Positions 23,991 to 38,091 of a stretch of DNA of 64,000 nucleotides are shown here, piece by piece. This stretch comes from Mobula hypostoma (taxonomy: Eukaryota): positions 174,594,001 to 174,658,000 of the forward strand of contig NC_086097.1 in assembly GCF_963921235.1 (NCBI RefSeq). Direction: 5' to 3'. The notes beneath the pieces are model-generated. The model searched no databases. It was not told the origin of the DNA and saw only the letters and a list, made by a program, of their open reading frames with translations. The position numbers and the translations under genes are program-made. Position 1 is the stretch's first letter; every line of letters begins with the position of its first letter.

Positions 23991-26149
23991 AATTTTTGTG
24001 AGATTTATATGGTATTTTGCTTAGACTTGGCACAAACAGCTCCTAAGATTAATGGGTAAGATGTACAAGAGGCTCAAAGTATGTTCCATTTTATTTTTTT
24101 GATTGTTGAATCTGACATTTTCAAGGCAATTGCCTTTGCAGCTATGCGAGCATAAAACATAATTGCATGGTAATTACAGACAAAGGTCCTCACACTGAGC
24201 AACATATTTTGCTTTTGCAATAATGCTCTAACCCACCACTTCCCCAAAGGCTGCTCAACTTTTCATTTTAAGTCTTTTATATGAGGTTAAGCTTCATGGA
24301 ATTCAGGTGATATGTCCAGACAAGGGGACTTCAACCTGAAACCTTAGCTCTGTTTCTTTTCCTACAGATACAGAGTAACTGTCCTATTGAGCATTTGTGT
24401 TTTTTTCCCTGTATTTTATATATCCAGTTATTAATTTCCTTTCAAAGTGTATTTTCAGTAACTTGAGTAAATGTGAATGCTGTTTTAGTTATAATTTGAC
24501 AGTTTTACAACAGGCAGCTAATATGGATGTTCATCAGTTATCTGTCAACACCACACTGTTCTACAAGGTTGGTGAGACCTTAACTCTGCATTTTCTAAAG
24601 CATGGTGATCTTCACATTACAGCAAGTCATTTCACACTTTTTTTTGACTGTAGTTGGATTTAGAATATTACTCTTTAAATTTATTTGTTTTTAAAAATTA
24701 TGCAATGTTTATCCGTATACAGTATATTAGCATGTGGCCATTTTGGAAAATATTCTGTTAAGCAAAATGTTGTAAATCGAAAGTACTGGACCAAATACAT
24801 TGCCAGCACTGTATTTATTTTATATTCCCATGGGCAGAAAATGGGGCACTCTTTGAAAATATGTGACCCAAAGAATAAAAAAAATAATAAATCAAACTCA
24901 CATATTACATAAAGTATCTATAGTTCAGTCCATGCAAGCTTATGATCGCTTGTCATTTATCTTTTACGAGTGGCCTATGTGATAAAACCTGTTTAGAGAA
25001 AGAACAACGAGAAATCTCTTTGAGACCTCTGCCACATATGGTTTATCTGCTGTTGAAATTTCAATCCCTTAACTTAAAACTTTAAATTATTTAGCTACAT
25101 GTGTGCTATCTATACTCTTTGTGGATTTGAATATTAATGTCATATTTAATATTTTGTTTTTTAACACAATGTTCAATTATATAAATTTCTGCAAAAGTTG
25201 TAAGTACTGGCTTTCCTTTCAATCCTTTTGCGTCAGTAAGTCTGTTGGAACAGGATGACAGAGGAGGATGTCAGATGAAATATCATCTTGCTTACCATTA
25301 ACGTAGCATGAGCTTTGCCTTTCTGTTATCATGATCTCACAACTAATCGCTGAACTTGCGTCCCATTGAAGGTAACTAAAGTAAAAAAACAAAAAAAAAC
25401 AAATAATACAATACAAAGAAAAACATTTAAGATGTAAAAACTATCAGAGATGTAAGCATGAAGCATGACAGAAACAGAAAGGTTACTAAAAGGTGAGAGT
25501 TGCAACCACCAAGAAGATGACATAGGTTGCTATGTTTAGAAACATCAGAAGAATTAAAGTGTGATCAACCTTAGCAGTGAGTGAGTCAGAGGTAGTACTA
25601 TTCTCCTACTGTTCCTTCAGTCATCTCTCTCATGAGCGAACAGAATTATTCAAGAGATGAAAATATTTACAAATAGTCTGTAATTTCTTTGAAGTATTTC
25701 ATTCAGACAGTCTAAAACAATTCAATTAAAATTGTGCTTTATGTGTAGGATATCTCCTTACAGTACATCTGCAATGGTGATCAGAATCCTTACAAGATAT
25801 GAAACTCCCATGAATATTATACTGTATAATTGAAATATGCGTTTTGATTTTGGGTGTTGTATCTTATGTTTTCACTAATATTTTTATTGTTATTCATTTG
25901 CATGATTTTTTTTGCGCGTGGGGAAGGGGTGTTTTTAAATGGGTTGGTTCCATAGTTCTTTGTTTCATGGCTGTCTGTGTGGAAGATGAATTTCAGGGTT
26001 GTATGCTGCATACATACTTTGAAAATAAAAGTACTTTGAATCTTCGAATCATGAAAATAAAATGGTACATTAAACATTTCAAATCTTTACTGACCATTAA
26101 ACTAATTCAGTGTGGAGAGTGAATTAGCTGCTTTGGATATATTACCTAA

Positions 26150-26280
26150 ACCTCAGGGACTACAGCAATTCAACAAGGCAGCTCATCACCACCTTCTCAA
26201 GAGCAACTAGGGATGGGCAAAAAATGCTGGCTTAGGCTGGCGATGCCCACAGCCCGTAAATGAATAAATTTTAAAAAATG
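26150..26280 (+). mobile_element. shark-type LINE 3' end
   Basis: AAGGCAGCTCATCACCACCTTCTCAAG...GGGATGGGCAA...AATGAATAAA tail. Confidence 0.65.
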
Positions 26281-26394
26281 GATTTCCCAATGCTTCAGTG
26301 TTGACCTCAGTCATGTGGATCCTAGGTTAGACATTCTTTTCTTTCAGTCTACTGCACACTGCTGTTTTATTATCACCAGTGAAGAAGGAAATCC

Positions 26395-26515
26395 GCGAAA
26401 CAAGAGATTCTGCAGATGCACACAAAATGCTGGAGGAGCTTAGCAGGTCAGGCAGCATCTATGGAAGGGGAGGAGAAGCAGTTTATGTTTCAGGCCGAGA
26501 CCCTTCATCTGGACT
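26395..26515 (-). mobile_element. Penelope pLTR 3' fragment with decayed hammerhead
   Basis: reverse complement AGTC-CAGATGA-AGGGTCTCGGCCT-GAAAC-ATA-AACTG; matches pLTR 5595-5731. Confidence 0.8.
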
Positions 26516-26720
26516 CAAAGTACTTCTATGCCCAAGGTGAAATTCAGCTTTTGATGTGGGAGTAAAAACTATCATGAGATCCTGCATTGGCATATGAACT
26601 TGTAGTTACTATTAGAAAAAAACTACTGTCAGAGGCCTCAGCAGAAAGATAGACCACATTTACAGTAACTTAACAATATCATTTTGCTAGAAAAATATTG
26701 CTATATTCTTTTCTCTGATG

Positions 26721-27504
26721 CAATGGATTCCTGCTAATTGGGCCATTGGTTAATCAGGGAGCTGCTTATTTGCAACAACTCTTTAAGCACAAAAACTAAT
26801 CGAAAAAATTACACAGGTTCCCTTTGTTTAATTGGGGAACTATGCCACTTAATTGTCAAACAGGTTCTAAAAAGTGTCAGTCACGTGCCCTTGTGTGGTC
26901 ATTAGACGCTACACCGTGCTTAGAGCGAACAATTTTTAAATGGTGTCAGTTGCGTGTGCTTGTGTTCAAATAGCAATGCTTTTTGTCACTGATAATTGGC
27001 GAGAAATAAGCAGTAAAACAGTTCAGAAACTGTTTTGCTCAGTGTGATTTCAAGCATTCAGGCTTGGAGATGCCTAAAATGGCTGGAAGTAGAAATGAAA
27101 TGATTTCACTACTTCAGCAAATTAGGAACTACGAAGTCTTTGAAGGTATCGACAATCATCTTGAATGTTGCAATGAAAGTGAAGATTTGGAGAATGCAAT
27201 TGTGAGAGTATTGCATGAAGGCAGTCCATTACCTGCACTACGTCTCTGTGCAGATTTTGTTTATTGCATTAACTGGATGAATTCCTCCATCGATAACTAT
27301 TAGGAGCTGATACATAGTTTTATAGTACTGTACTATTGGCAGTGTTCTGATTTGTTCTGTATTTCATGTAAGTGCATAGTTTGTTACTCGGTTTTTTTTT
27401 ATGCCTTTTTAACTATTTCTGTGAAGCCAGCTAATTGGGGCAGTTGCTTAATTGGGCCAAAATGTAACTGATCCTGATGTGTCCCACTTAACTGGAATCC
27501 ACTG
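26721..27504 (+). mobile_element. Tigger-like non-autonomous DNA transposon
   Basis: imperfect TIR CAATGGATTCCTGCTAATTGGG / CCCACTTAACTGGAATCCACTG; internal NCFAQC.F resembling a Tigger C-terminus; TA TSD not preserved. Confidence 0.65.
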
Positions 27505-27696
27505 CGTTCAGATTGCTAGCTACTGTGTTATTCAGCTTAACACTTCATCTGTTGCTACACGTTAGAACGCAGTACCAATGAAAAGAAGTTTGAATTAAAA
27601 GTAATTCATGTAAATGTCGTGAATTACAATTTTATATAAAATAGTAGGAAAAGGATATTACCTCACTGGCTGGTAATTGTGATATCAATATACCAT

Positions 27697-27760
27697 TCAG
27701 CTGTGGTTCAGTTGGTAGCATTCTCAACTCTGATTAGAAAGTTGCAGGTTCACAACTTAA
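27697..27760 (+). mobile_element. tRNA-derived SINE head fragment
   Basis: TGGTTCAGTTGGTAGC A-box and GGTTCACA B-box remnant. Confidence 0.45.
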
Positions 27761-28344
27761 AAATCTAAAATAAAAAGCTGATACCAGTTGTATAACATCA
27801 GACTTAAGAACAGCTTCTTCCCCACTGCTATCAGACTTCTGAACAAATCATCAGTTTCACATCTCTTTCCCGGTGACACTCTCATGTTCATAGACTTCTA
27901 GCTCTACTTCTCTAAGCTGTTCTGCCATTGTCACTTTCTTTGTACTACCTCAGATTAGACCACAAACTTATTGAAGATTCAGAAGTTCATTTTATTGTCA
28001 AAGTATGCATGTACAATACAACTCTGATATTTGTCTACTCCAGATAGCCATTAAATACAGAAAGACCGAGGATGTTGATGAAAGAAAAGGCATCATCTCC
28101 CTTCCTGCACGAAAAAGAAAAGAAACAAAACTCACAGACCTCAAAACTCCCCGCAGCAAAAAATAGCAACAATAACAGTCCCCGACCTCGTCATTCACAG
28201 AAAAGAACAGCGACAGTAGCACCATTTGCATCATTTTACTGTTTTATGTTCATCATTGCACAAGTTTGTATTTATGTATAATGTTAATTCTGTGAGCTTC
28301 TATGAACAAGGAACCCTAGGGTATTTGACAAACTAATCTAAGCA

Positions 28345-28439
28345 CTGAGTATTGATGAAGGGTGTTGGCCCAAAACAGCAACTCTTTTCCATAGATGCTG
28401 CCTGGCCTGCTGAGTTCCTCCAGAATTTTGTGTATGTTG
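28345..28439 (+). mobile_element. 95-bp Penelope pLTR-end insertion starting at the hammerhead
   Basis: 12-bp TSD CTAATCTAAGCA at 28333-28344 and 28440-28451. Confidence 0.85.
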
Positions 28440-29474
28440 CTAATCTAAGCAGTCTCAGTGAACCAGTGCAAATAAATAGAATTAATTATTTGTACGTTTC
28501 CATGCATATATTAGTACAGTTTCTTTTAGATTGAATAGTAACCGAAATAACTACAGTAATTAAATGAACAATGCTTTTCCTATCCAAGTCAACTATATAC
28601 TTTTAATTTCATATATAGTAATTTTCATCAGAAGTGAAAGTTTGGCAGGTTTTCTGATTATTTGGTGAAATTTACCTGAGGCATTAATGAATGGAACAAT
28701 GACCAAGGCTGAGCATAGTGCAGTTCAACTTTCTAGTAGCAGAGTTTTGGCTGCATTCTTGAAGGGAGTGACTTGAGCCCAACCAGAGAGCATGGTAACA
28801 AAATCAGAGGTAATAGTTTTATAAAACAGCTGGTCTAAGGTGCATGGAGCATTATAGTATTGAGAAGTTATCTGTTTTTCTTTGTGCTGTAGAGGCTGTA
28901 GGACTGGAAACAGCTCAAGAATAGATAAGATGTTCATACTGCAAAAGGCTAATTTTATCTGAGACACTAGGTGGGAGAGGTGAAAGTACCCACAAAGAAG
29001 ATGAGTTAATAGAAGGGGTTGAAGACAATTACAGTTTCTAGTACTGTCAGTGGAAGACTTTCACAGCTTTTATAATTTCTTCAGATTTTGTTTAGTGATC
29101 TGTGAGATTTTGTCTCTGGAGGATGTCTGCTCTGTTATACCTCTACACCAAATAATGCAGCTAAACATAGAAAGGAGTTCCATATGTGGAAACTGCTGGA
29201 AATTTTATTCTAATATGGGATCAGAAATATGCAAATATTTATTATTCTCCTTGGAATTTACATTGGAGTCTAAGCATTGCTCCGTGATAAAAATGCAGTT
29301 GTGTTTAGAAGTCCACTACCTAAATTGTTTCTTGGATTAAATGGATTCATGCTAATAGCATTTGGATTCTTGCTGTTATATCAATAAAAGGATGAGAAAT
29401 AGGGATGCAGGATGAACCTTGGAATAGATTCCAAAAATCAACTAAATTTAAGTACAGTTATGGCACACTTTAAC

Positions 29475-30070
29475 ATTCATCCAGCATCCTCTCTGACTTT
29501 CTACTATCAGGCAGGAAACTCCAATGCATAAAAATAAGAATGGTCAGGATGTGAAACAGTTTCTTCTCTCAGGCCATTAAGCTTCTGAACTCCCTGCCAC
29601 ATCGCATTCAAAGTGTCACTGGTTAAGGTGTCACTGCACCTTACAATATTTAATTTATGAACTTTATGCATAATTCACCTGTAGATTTTATTTTTAAAAG
29701 TTATTGTCTGTTATGTATACAACTGTGCTTTACACTCTGGTTCAGAGAAATGTTTTCTCATTTGGTGGTATACATGTACAGTATATAGTTAAATGATAAT
29801 AAACTTGACTTGAATGCAGATATGTGTAAAGGAGCTTACACACATCTGCATTCAAGTCAAGTTTATCTGGTGCTACAACTTATTTTTACTGTGATATTCT
29901 GGTGCTGCTGCAACTTATTTTCTGCTACTTATCTATTTAATACTGTTTTTCTATTACTGTCTTGTTTTTATCTACCGCTTTATTTAATTGCCTGAGAGGA
30001 AGCCAAACAGACTTTCATTGTACCTATGTATAATGACAATAAAGATCATTCAATTCAATTCAATTCAATT
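29475..30070 (+). mobile_element. Rex1/Babar 3' fragments with (CTTGA) and (CAATT)n tails
   Basis: H.ASSL..FLLSGR / NSFFSQAIKLLNS motif; AATAAA followed by tandem-repeat tails. Confidence 0.6.
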
Positions 30071-30459
30071 ACCATGCAACAAGAAGAATTGTTGAATTTT
30101 AAATCTGATGAACTGAACTGAAAAACTGAACTTAGCAATCTCAAGGAAACTTTGAGAGTTGATTTCATTAAAGGAGTTAAAATAATGTTCTGAAGCCTAT
30201 TATCAACATGTAAAGTCAGTTCGTGGGAGTGCACTTGAATTTTATCAATAATACTTTGAAACTGATCTACAGAAAACTTAAGGATCATTGTACAAGAGTC
30301 ACAGAAAGTAAACATGAAGGTCCGAAGTTTTTGGAGTATGAAAGTAAGAGCTGTGATAGCGTCATGCTTTGATTGAGGTATAAATCAAGAAGGATATGTT
30401 TGAATCTAAGGAATTTTATCTAAGGAAGGATATGTTTGAATTGGAGAGGGTGCAAATAA

Positions 30460-30830
30460 TACAGACACTAGAGACTACTAATACTGGAACCTAGCAATAA
30501 ACAAGATGCTGGAGGAAATCAGCGGGTCAAGCAGCATCTGTGGAGGAGAATGGACAGTCAACATTCGTCATTCTGACTGAAAGATCAAGGGGAGATAGCC
30601 AGTGTAAAAGACAATGGGAAAGAGTGAAGCAAGAGCCAGCAAGCAATAGGTGGTTCCAGGTGAGGAGGGAGTGGAAATAATGACGGAGGCTGGAAAGTGA
30701 TAGGTGAAGAAGACAAAGGGCTGCAAGTGCTGGAATCTGATTGGAAAGGAAGCTGGAGCATGGAATCAGGTTTAGGAGGTGGTGAGGCCAGATGGGAACT
30801 GTGGCGGGGGGGCGGGGCGCGGGTGAAGCT
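30460..30830 (-). mobile_element. Penelope pLTR fragment
   Basis: GATGCTGGAGGAAATCAGCGGGTCAAGCAGCATCTG matches the reverse complement of the pLTR end; purine-rich 3' UTR. Confidence 0.7.
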
Positions 30831-32349
30831 GAGCCATAGAATGAGTGAGTAACTGAAGGACAGATAAAGTGGGTTGAAGGAGGGGAAATTAATAGGGTGA
30901 TGGGGGACTGGGGTGGGGGTAGAAAGAATTGAGTAGATCAGGAGAAGGGACAAAAGAATGGAACAGTTTTTGTGTTTATCTCCAGGATGAGAAGACTGTT
31001 CTAAGAGGAGAAATTGAATAGCTGGGTCTACTATCTCATTAATAAAATTGATATAATCTTAGTTTTAAAATTCTTGATAGGTTAGACAGTTTAAATGCTG
31101 AGAGGCTTTTCTGTCTGGTTGGAGAATCAGGAATCAGTGCCCAGAAACTGGAGTTCATCTTATTCTATACCCTAAATAGAGGCTGCAATTGCTACCTAAT
31201 CATGTGACTCCCAAAAATTAGGGAAACTCATGAACAAACCAGCTTAAGAATTCATAGGATGATCTTATTTATGAATCTGGAGCAAAATTCTTATTTCCAG
31301 GTTTATGGATGTTAGCAGTCTGCAGTGCTTATAACTACTGTGTCACTGCCAAGCTGATCACTTTTTAAAGAACACTCTGTGACAGCAGAAAGTTAACATG
31401 GTGGAGAGAAAAATGGAAGATGGTAGGTAAAAGGGAATATAGTACAACCTTGCAACTCACCATAGGTAACAAACTGGACCTCGACCCCCTGTACTCCAAC
31501 CCACACCATTGAAAGGTATGGAATCACCATGAAACCAGTGATCAGAATGTCTTGACCAGGAGTGTGATCTTTGTCCAAGGTATTTGTAGGGAATAATGGA
31601 GTACAGAAAATGAGTTTTATGTTCCAATGGAAAATCTTTATGTTTCTATGCCAATTTGCTACAGGCTTATCTCAGTGTTTTACAGTGAGTGAAAATTGCA
31701 GGTTGCTGTTCATTAAATAACATCATTATAAAACTAACTGATACTAGGCAAATGAGATCAGCACTAAAGAGAATCATCCCAGGCCATTTACCAAGTGATT
31801 GCTAATTAACTTGGAGTGATTGCTGGCATGATCTAATGTGCACAAAGCTTCTTTGTACATTAAAGCATAAGCAATTTCAGGAGTATCATTCTCAGGATAT
31901 AGGTTCAGATATTTGGGGCTGAAATTTGGAGAAATTTAAGAAAACTTGTGCAATCTTTAAAGTGACATACCCCGGGATGCTGTGCTTGGTGGAGCAGTAT
32001 ATTCAAGATCCCAATCAGCAGATTTTAGAGGATTAAAAATTTCAAGGTAATGGGGCTACCTCAGGGTAATTGAGTTGGTGCGACGGTTTAGCCATGGCAC
32101 TGAACAATGAAGCACGTAGGACAAGTAGAATGAACCACTCGTCATAATATTTCCATATTACCTTGTGATATACATTGACCCCACTAAGTCCATCGTATCT
32201 ATGGAAGCTTGCATAACAATCACATTTCCCATCACTAATTTCTGCTGTAACTAATCTCTTAATATTCCTAATTTCCCCAGATTTACCTCCTCCCACTCCA
32301 AGTTCTTTCCAGCGTAGAAGTGATGACACCTAGCAAGAAACTGCAGTTC

Positions 32350-33840
32350 AAATCCAGATTCAGATTAGTTTATTGTTAAATACACTGGAGTGCAATATAA
32401 TTTAATGCTCACGTGTAGCTCGTTGAAGTACAACATACTGTACATGATAATAAATTGGGATTAGCTGGGTGAGCACTATGGTTGGCATGGACAGGTTAGA
32501 CTAAAGGGACTGTATCCATGCATGTGACAGCTATAGATACAGCAACAGTTAAGTGCAAAACAGCAGAAAGGTGAAAAGATTGTAGTGCTAACTGAAGTTG
32601 TGTAGAAAGAAATACTAAAATGACAATAACAGGATTAAAAGCAGAGGTAGAATTAACAGTCTGAGACCCACTGGGAAGATGATGTGAAGGAGGTGATTAG
32701 TTCAGAAGTCTGATAGCAGTGGGGAAGAAGCTTTTCTTAAGTCTAATCATCTGAGCTTTCAGGTTTCTATATCTTCTCCCAGAAGGTAGAAGAAAGAAAG
32801 GGTAATGGTCAGGGTAGCAGGCACCATTGACGTTAGTCCTCCTGAAGTAAAGCACCAGGGAGATGGACTGGATGGGAGTGATGAACCTGTGATGGACTGG
32901 GCAGATGAAACTGATAGAACTGCTCAGCTCTTCTCACAGCATCTGTGGAGAGAAAAGCAAAGTTTATGTTATAAGAACATAGAACACTACAGCACAATGC
33001 AGGCCCTTCAACTCATGGTGTTGTGCCGACCTTTGAACCTACTCCAAGATCAATCTTAACCATCCCTACCACGTAGTCCTCCATTTTTCTTTCATCCATG
33101 TGTCCTCTTAAAGTTCAAAGTAAATTTATTATCAAAGTATTTAGTATCACCATATACTACGCTGAGATTCATTTTCTTGTGGGCATTCACAGTAGATACA
33201 AAGAAATATAATAGAATCAATGACAAACTGTATACAAAGACAGACAAACAACCAATGTGCAAATGAAGACAAAATGGGCAAATAGAAAAAAATAATAAAA
33301 AGCAAAGAAACAAATAGATAGATAATATTGAGAACATGAGTTGAAGGGTCCTTGAAAGTGAGTGCATAGGTTGTGGCATCAGATCAGTGTTGAGGTGAGC
33401 GAATTTATCATGTTGGCTTAAGAGCCTGATAGATGAAGGGTAATAACTGGTCCTGAAGCTGGTGCTAATGCTCCTGTACCTCTTTTCCAATGCCAGTGTT
33501 GAAAAGTGAGCATGGTAGTCTAGGACAATGCAAGCTGGTGTCTTGTGGCAGCGCTCCTTGTACATGTGTCCTGTGGTGGGGAGGGCTTATCCTGTGACGA
33601 ATGGACACTTTGGAAGCACTTAGGCTCTTGGGCATTGGTGTTTCTGTACCAGGCCGTGATGCAACTAGTCAGGATACTCTCCACTCAGCACCTATAGAAA
33701 TTTGTCAATGTTTTAGGTGACATGCTGAATATGTGTACACCCCTAGAAAGTAGGGGCACTGCTGTGCCTTCTTTGTAATAGCACTTATGTGCTGGTCCCA
33801 GGACAAATTTTCTGAAATGATAACACCAAGAAATTTAAAG
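32350..33840 (-). mobile_element. cluster of Rex1/Babar fragments with a CR1 tail (32970-33107)
   Basis: ORF 33092-33565 contains RCHKT...KRYRSI...SYYPSSIRLL; AACATAGAACACTACAGCACA CR1 tail. Confidence 0.7.
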
Positions 33841-34004
33841 TTATTTGATAATTGTAAAAGAATCCTATATAGATCAATGACTTTTCATTATCAACTTTGT
33901 TTCTCTTTACCCTGTATGATCTGCTAGGATCTTTCAGCATGTTGTTTTTTTTCAAATCTCTTAGATTTGCACATTCCTCTACACATTTATCTTTGCCTCC
34001 TTTA

Positions 34005-34215
34005 GACCCATCATTGGCAGCTATGTTAATGTCTAGGTCTTAACTTTGAATCTCCCTTCCTAAATTTTCCTGTCTTTCTACCTCTCTCCTCCTCAAAGCC
34101 CATCACATTCACCTCATGACCAATATTTTATTTGGCTCTTTTAATAATGCCTTTGGCTCAGTGTCAGCATTATCTGATTACACTCCTGTGAATTGTCTCG
34201 GAGAGTTTTTTTTTG
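34005..34215 (+). mobile_element. decayed L2 LINE 3' end
   Basis: CCCTTCCTAAA...TCTACCTCTCT...TGGCTCAGTGTCA...CTCCTGTGAA pattern typical of L2 3' UTRs. Confidence 0.55.
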
Positions 34216-35394
34216 AGGTCCCAAGTTATTTTTCTGGTTTATACATATAAGCAGACACTTGAATTTGATTACTTTTGAAATATAACGCCCACTGTAGTTA
34301 CTTCATAGTATCATCATAAGCTATTCACAAAGCATAATCAAGTGCTTAGTAGCAAGGAAAATGCTGGATATTGAAATTCCTTGCAAAGGAAGAGCAATGT
34401 AACAGATCCATGGTATCATTTTGGATCTCTGAGTTCATATTAACCCCTCAATAAACACGGCTAAAACCTGATATTTTGATTTGTTGCTTTGCTACCTGTG
34501 GAATTATTCTACTTGCAGATTAGCCACTAGTTCCCCTTTATTACTACAAATACCTTAACTTGTTTATTATAATTATAATGAGATCTTGCCAGTATCTCTA
34601 GTTTACAGATTGAAACCCTTCACTGCTAATTAAAATGAAAAATTACATGTGTTCGGGGTGTGGGATGTGGTGCATTGTTATTGTGAAGCCAGTTTACATG
34701 CAATAGGCAAGAATAGATTAAAAGCTCTCTTTCTATATTGGCCCACCTTAACTTGTATTTGACATCAAAATGGCTCTGTTATCCTTTTCTGACCCCAGCA
34801 TGTTATGATTGCTTTCAGAATTGAGTATGGTTCTTAAAGAGTTGAATATTATGTCCTAAAACTAAAAAAAATGGCCAAAGCATTTTGGCTTATTTACCAG
34901 TGAATTTCAAGATAATTAATTGTAAATAAAATAAGAATGATATCATGCTGTAAATACAAACTGTATAATCATATATCCGATTCCAGAAATCTAACAAAAG
35001 CAAAATGAGAAATGGCATCATGTCCAAAAAAACTGCAGACACATGTACACTGTCACTTGAAAGTAAGTAGCTTGTTTCATTGCTGTTTCAAATTAAGTGA
35101 AAAATATTTTAGATGCAGTCTTTGAGTTGCATTGGAGGGTAAAACAACATTAAGTAGATGAGAGTTGGAGCAAGTCCTTTTGTTTTGCTCCAGATTCTAG
35201 CATCTGCAGCCTCTTGTGCCCCATTAAATGGCTAAAAGCTGGAGGGATATATCCAAGGGATTAAGTATTCAAAAAGACTTAAATGTTCCAGAAAATATCA
35301 GGTTATTATCCCCAGAAAAGGAGTTTCTATTCATGACATATTCTCAATCAAAATGAAAGCACAGTTTGAATTTTCTCCCAAATTACTTCCCCAT

Positions 35395-36540
35395 TCAAGT
35401 CAAGTTCAAACTTATTGTCTTTCAACTGTGTACATGTGTACTACCAAATGAAACAATGTTCCTCCAGACCAAGGTGTACAATACAGTACATGTAGCATAC
35501 ACACAACACATAAAGTAATATTACCACAAATAGATTAATAAATAATTAATATATTGCAGAAGGCTGACATTTAGTATAACGTGAATTTACGATCCACATG
35601 AAGACGTATATAGTATAACGCTACTGGCACTTCATACATGATAAGACCTGGGTGGTGGCAGGGTGTTCAGTGGTCTCATGGCCTGGGAGAAGAAGCTATT
35701 TCCTATCCTAACAGTCCTTGTCCTATGATGTGGGTGGTGGGGGTCAGAGAGTTCGTGGGACGAATGGGAGGGATCCTTGTCAATGCTAAGGGCCCAAGGG
35801 CCCTGCATATGCAGTACTCCTGATAAATACCGTATTTCAGATGAATATCTGATCGGTAAAAGAGAATTCCAAATGATACTCTCAGCAGTCTGTGCAATCC
35901 TTTGTAAGGTCTCGGAGACAGATGCCTGCAATTCATGGACCAAATAGTGATGCAAGTGGTCAGGGCACTCTCAATGGTTCTCCTGTGAATATTAGTTAGA
36001 ATGGGGGTGGGGGGGGAATCGCTCACTTCATTCTCTTCAGGAAGTGGAGGCACTGCTTTGCTTTCTTGACTAAAGAGGTGGTGTTGAGGGACCATGTGGG
36101 ATTGTCTGTAATGTGCACTCCCAGAAACTTGGTGTGCCTAACTCTCTCCACAGAGGAGCCATTGATGTGGAGTGAGGAGTGGTCACCCTGCGCCTTACTA
36201 AAGTCCACAATTATCCCTTTGGTCTTGTCCACATTGAGACTCAAGTTTTGTTGTGCTGCACCATTCTACAAACTTCTGTACCTCTTCTCTGTACTGTCTT
36301 GTCATCATTGTTGATGAGGCCAACCACTGTTGTGTCATCAGCAAACGATGACTTGGTTTAAGCTGGATCTAGCAGTACAGTCATGCATCAGCAACATGAA
36401 CAGCAACGGCTGAGCACACAGCCCCAGGGAGATGCTGGTGCTCAGCATGATGGAACTAGAGATGTTGCTGCCAATATGGACTTACTGTGGTTTTTCTGTC
36501 AAAAAAGCCAAGATCTAGTTGCAGAGGGAGGTGTTGACAT
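35395..36540 (-). mobile_element. Rex1/Babar LINE 3' portion (RT C-terminus)
   Basis: FADDTTVVGLI, LNVDKTK..IVDF, KFLGVHITDN.TWS, KKAKQCLHFL, IESALTTCITIW. Confidence 0.85.
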
Positions 36541-38091
36541 ATAACTCCATGTCTGGAATTATTTTTCTTTTCCCCTTCTCCCTGCACACGACTACCTGAA
36601 TTACAACTAAACAGTTCAATGCTCAGGGCTCTCTAGTTTGCTGCAAGTGAATTGATCACAGTTACTCGCCATTAATGAAAGTATGTCAAGATTCCGTGAT
36701 CATTGATTTCACAACCCAAGGGAAAAGCACCCTTTCTCATTTCTTTCTAGATAATTGCTTTTTAAATAATTCAAAAGTTCACAAACTGACCAATTCTTTC
36801 TAAGCATTGGCATAGAAATAGTAGACTATATGGTAGCTTCCTCCACTATAGGATATTAATAAATGACAAAACAAGGTAACCATGTTCATTAGAAAGGTTG
36901 CTTGTTGACCCCATAGTCAAAGATATTCATTCAGCTCGTTATTGAGCTCATAACTTGCATAAGGGGTCATCACTATAATATGGCCAATACAGTTAGTTTC
37001 TTTGCTGTCTTGCACTAAAACACTCATTAAAGGCATCAGAATGTTTTCAGCTACTTTACAGACTCATTATTTCACTGTGTGCTGCTGGGTTATTGTGCTG
37101 TCCAACCATTATACACTTCACACTTTAAAGCAACACTTGCTGTATGGTGAAATGAATTATGCTAAATGTGTTATCGTTTATAAGGATTTGTGATAATTTT
37201 CCGAGATAAATAGTTCTGTTAATTTAGTTCAGCAAGATGGACTTTCTGGGATGACATGAGCCAGAGGATATGTTTAACTATGTGCTCTCGCCAAGTAAAT
37301 GTGTCTTGTCAGCCAGAGTTTCAGTTAAAGTATACTTTCAGCTGACTTAGCAGTTTATCAAATACTTTATCAATTACCAAAATGTGACATCTACAGGAAC
37401 ATGATAAACTACAATAATTGAAAAACACGACTTTGCCAATTGTAATTTTATAAGTAAACTTTAAGAAGTGATTTCATATGTTGATGATGTGGCAAGGTGT
37501 AGTGGGATATGTAGAAGAATTGAGGTTGAGTTTTTTTCACACTGTTATTTTTCTCTCCCTAATAAATTAGAACTTGCACAGAAATTTTAACCCTCCCCCT
37601 CCCCCATTTGGTAGGGCTAAGCACCCTGAATAAATGTATGTATGTGAACTGTATGACGAAAATTCACTTCCATTAACTTCAATGGTATGACATTTTAGAA
37701 CGGAAGTAGACAATATAATATGTTTAATATTTCTAAAAGAGGATGAATTTCTAAGCAGAAATGTTTGGGAGTTCTCTCAGTCTGACAAGTATTACAATGG
37801 GATAATAGAACGTGCAACACTCAGTTTGACTTCACAAAGCTTATAGCTTCCTGTGGTTCTGGATCATTATTTTAGGACATTAATGCAGTCAGAAAACTTC
37901 AGAACTGTTTGATATCTAACTGTTGCCTCATTTATCATGTTCAAAAACTGAGATTTGTTTTAATGAAATTAATTGCTGCCGTTTCAATGGGAGGAATTTA
38001 GCTGGTGTCACTGTTCTATCGCATGCCTCTACTACTTAACGTTTTTTCCCCAGCTGTCAGTTTGATCATCCCCTGGTTCCAACAACAAAGT

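Noticed and set aside
37340..37365. CAGTTTATCAAA resembling part of miR-599
   Set aside because: Only 12 nt match and no complementary arm
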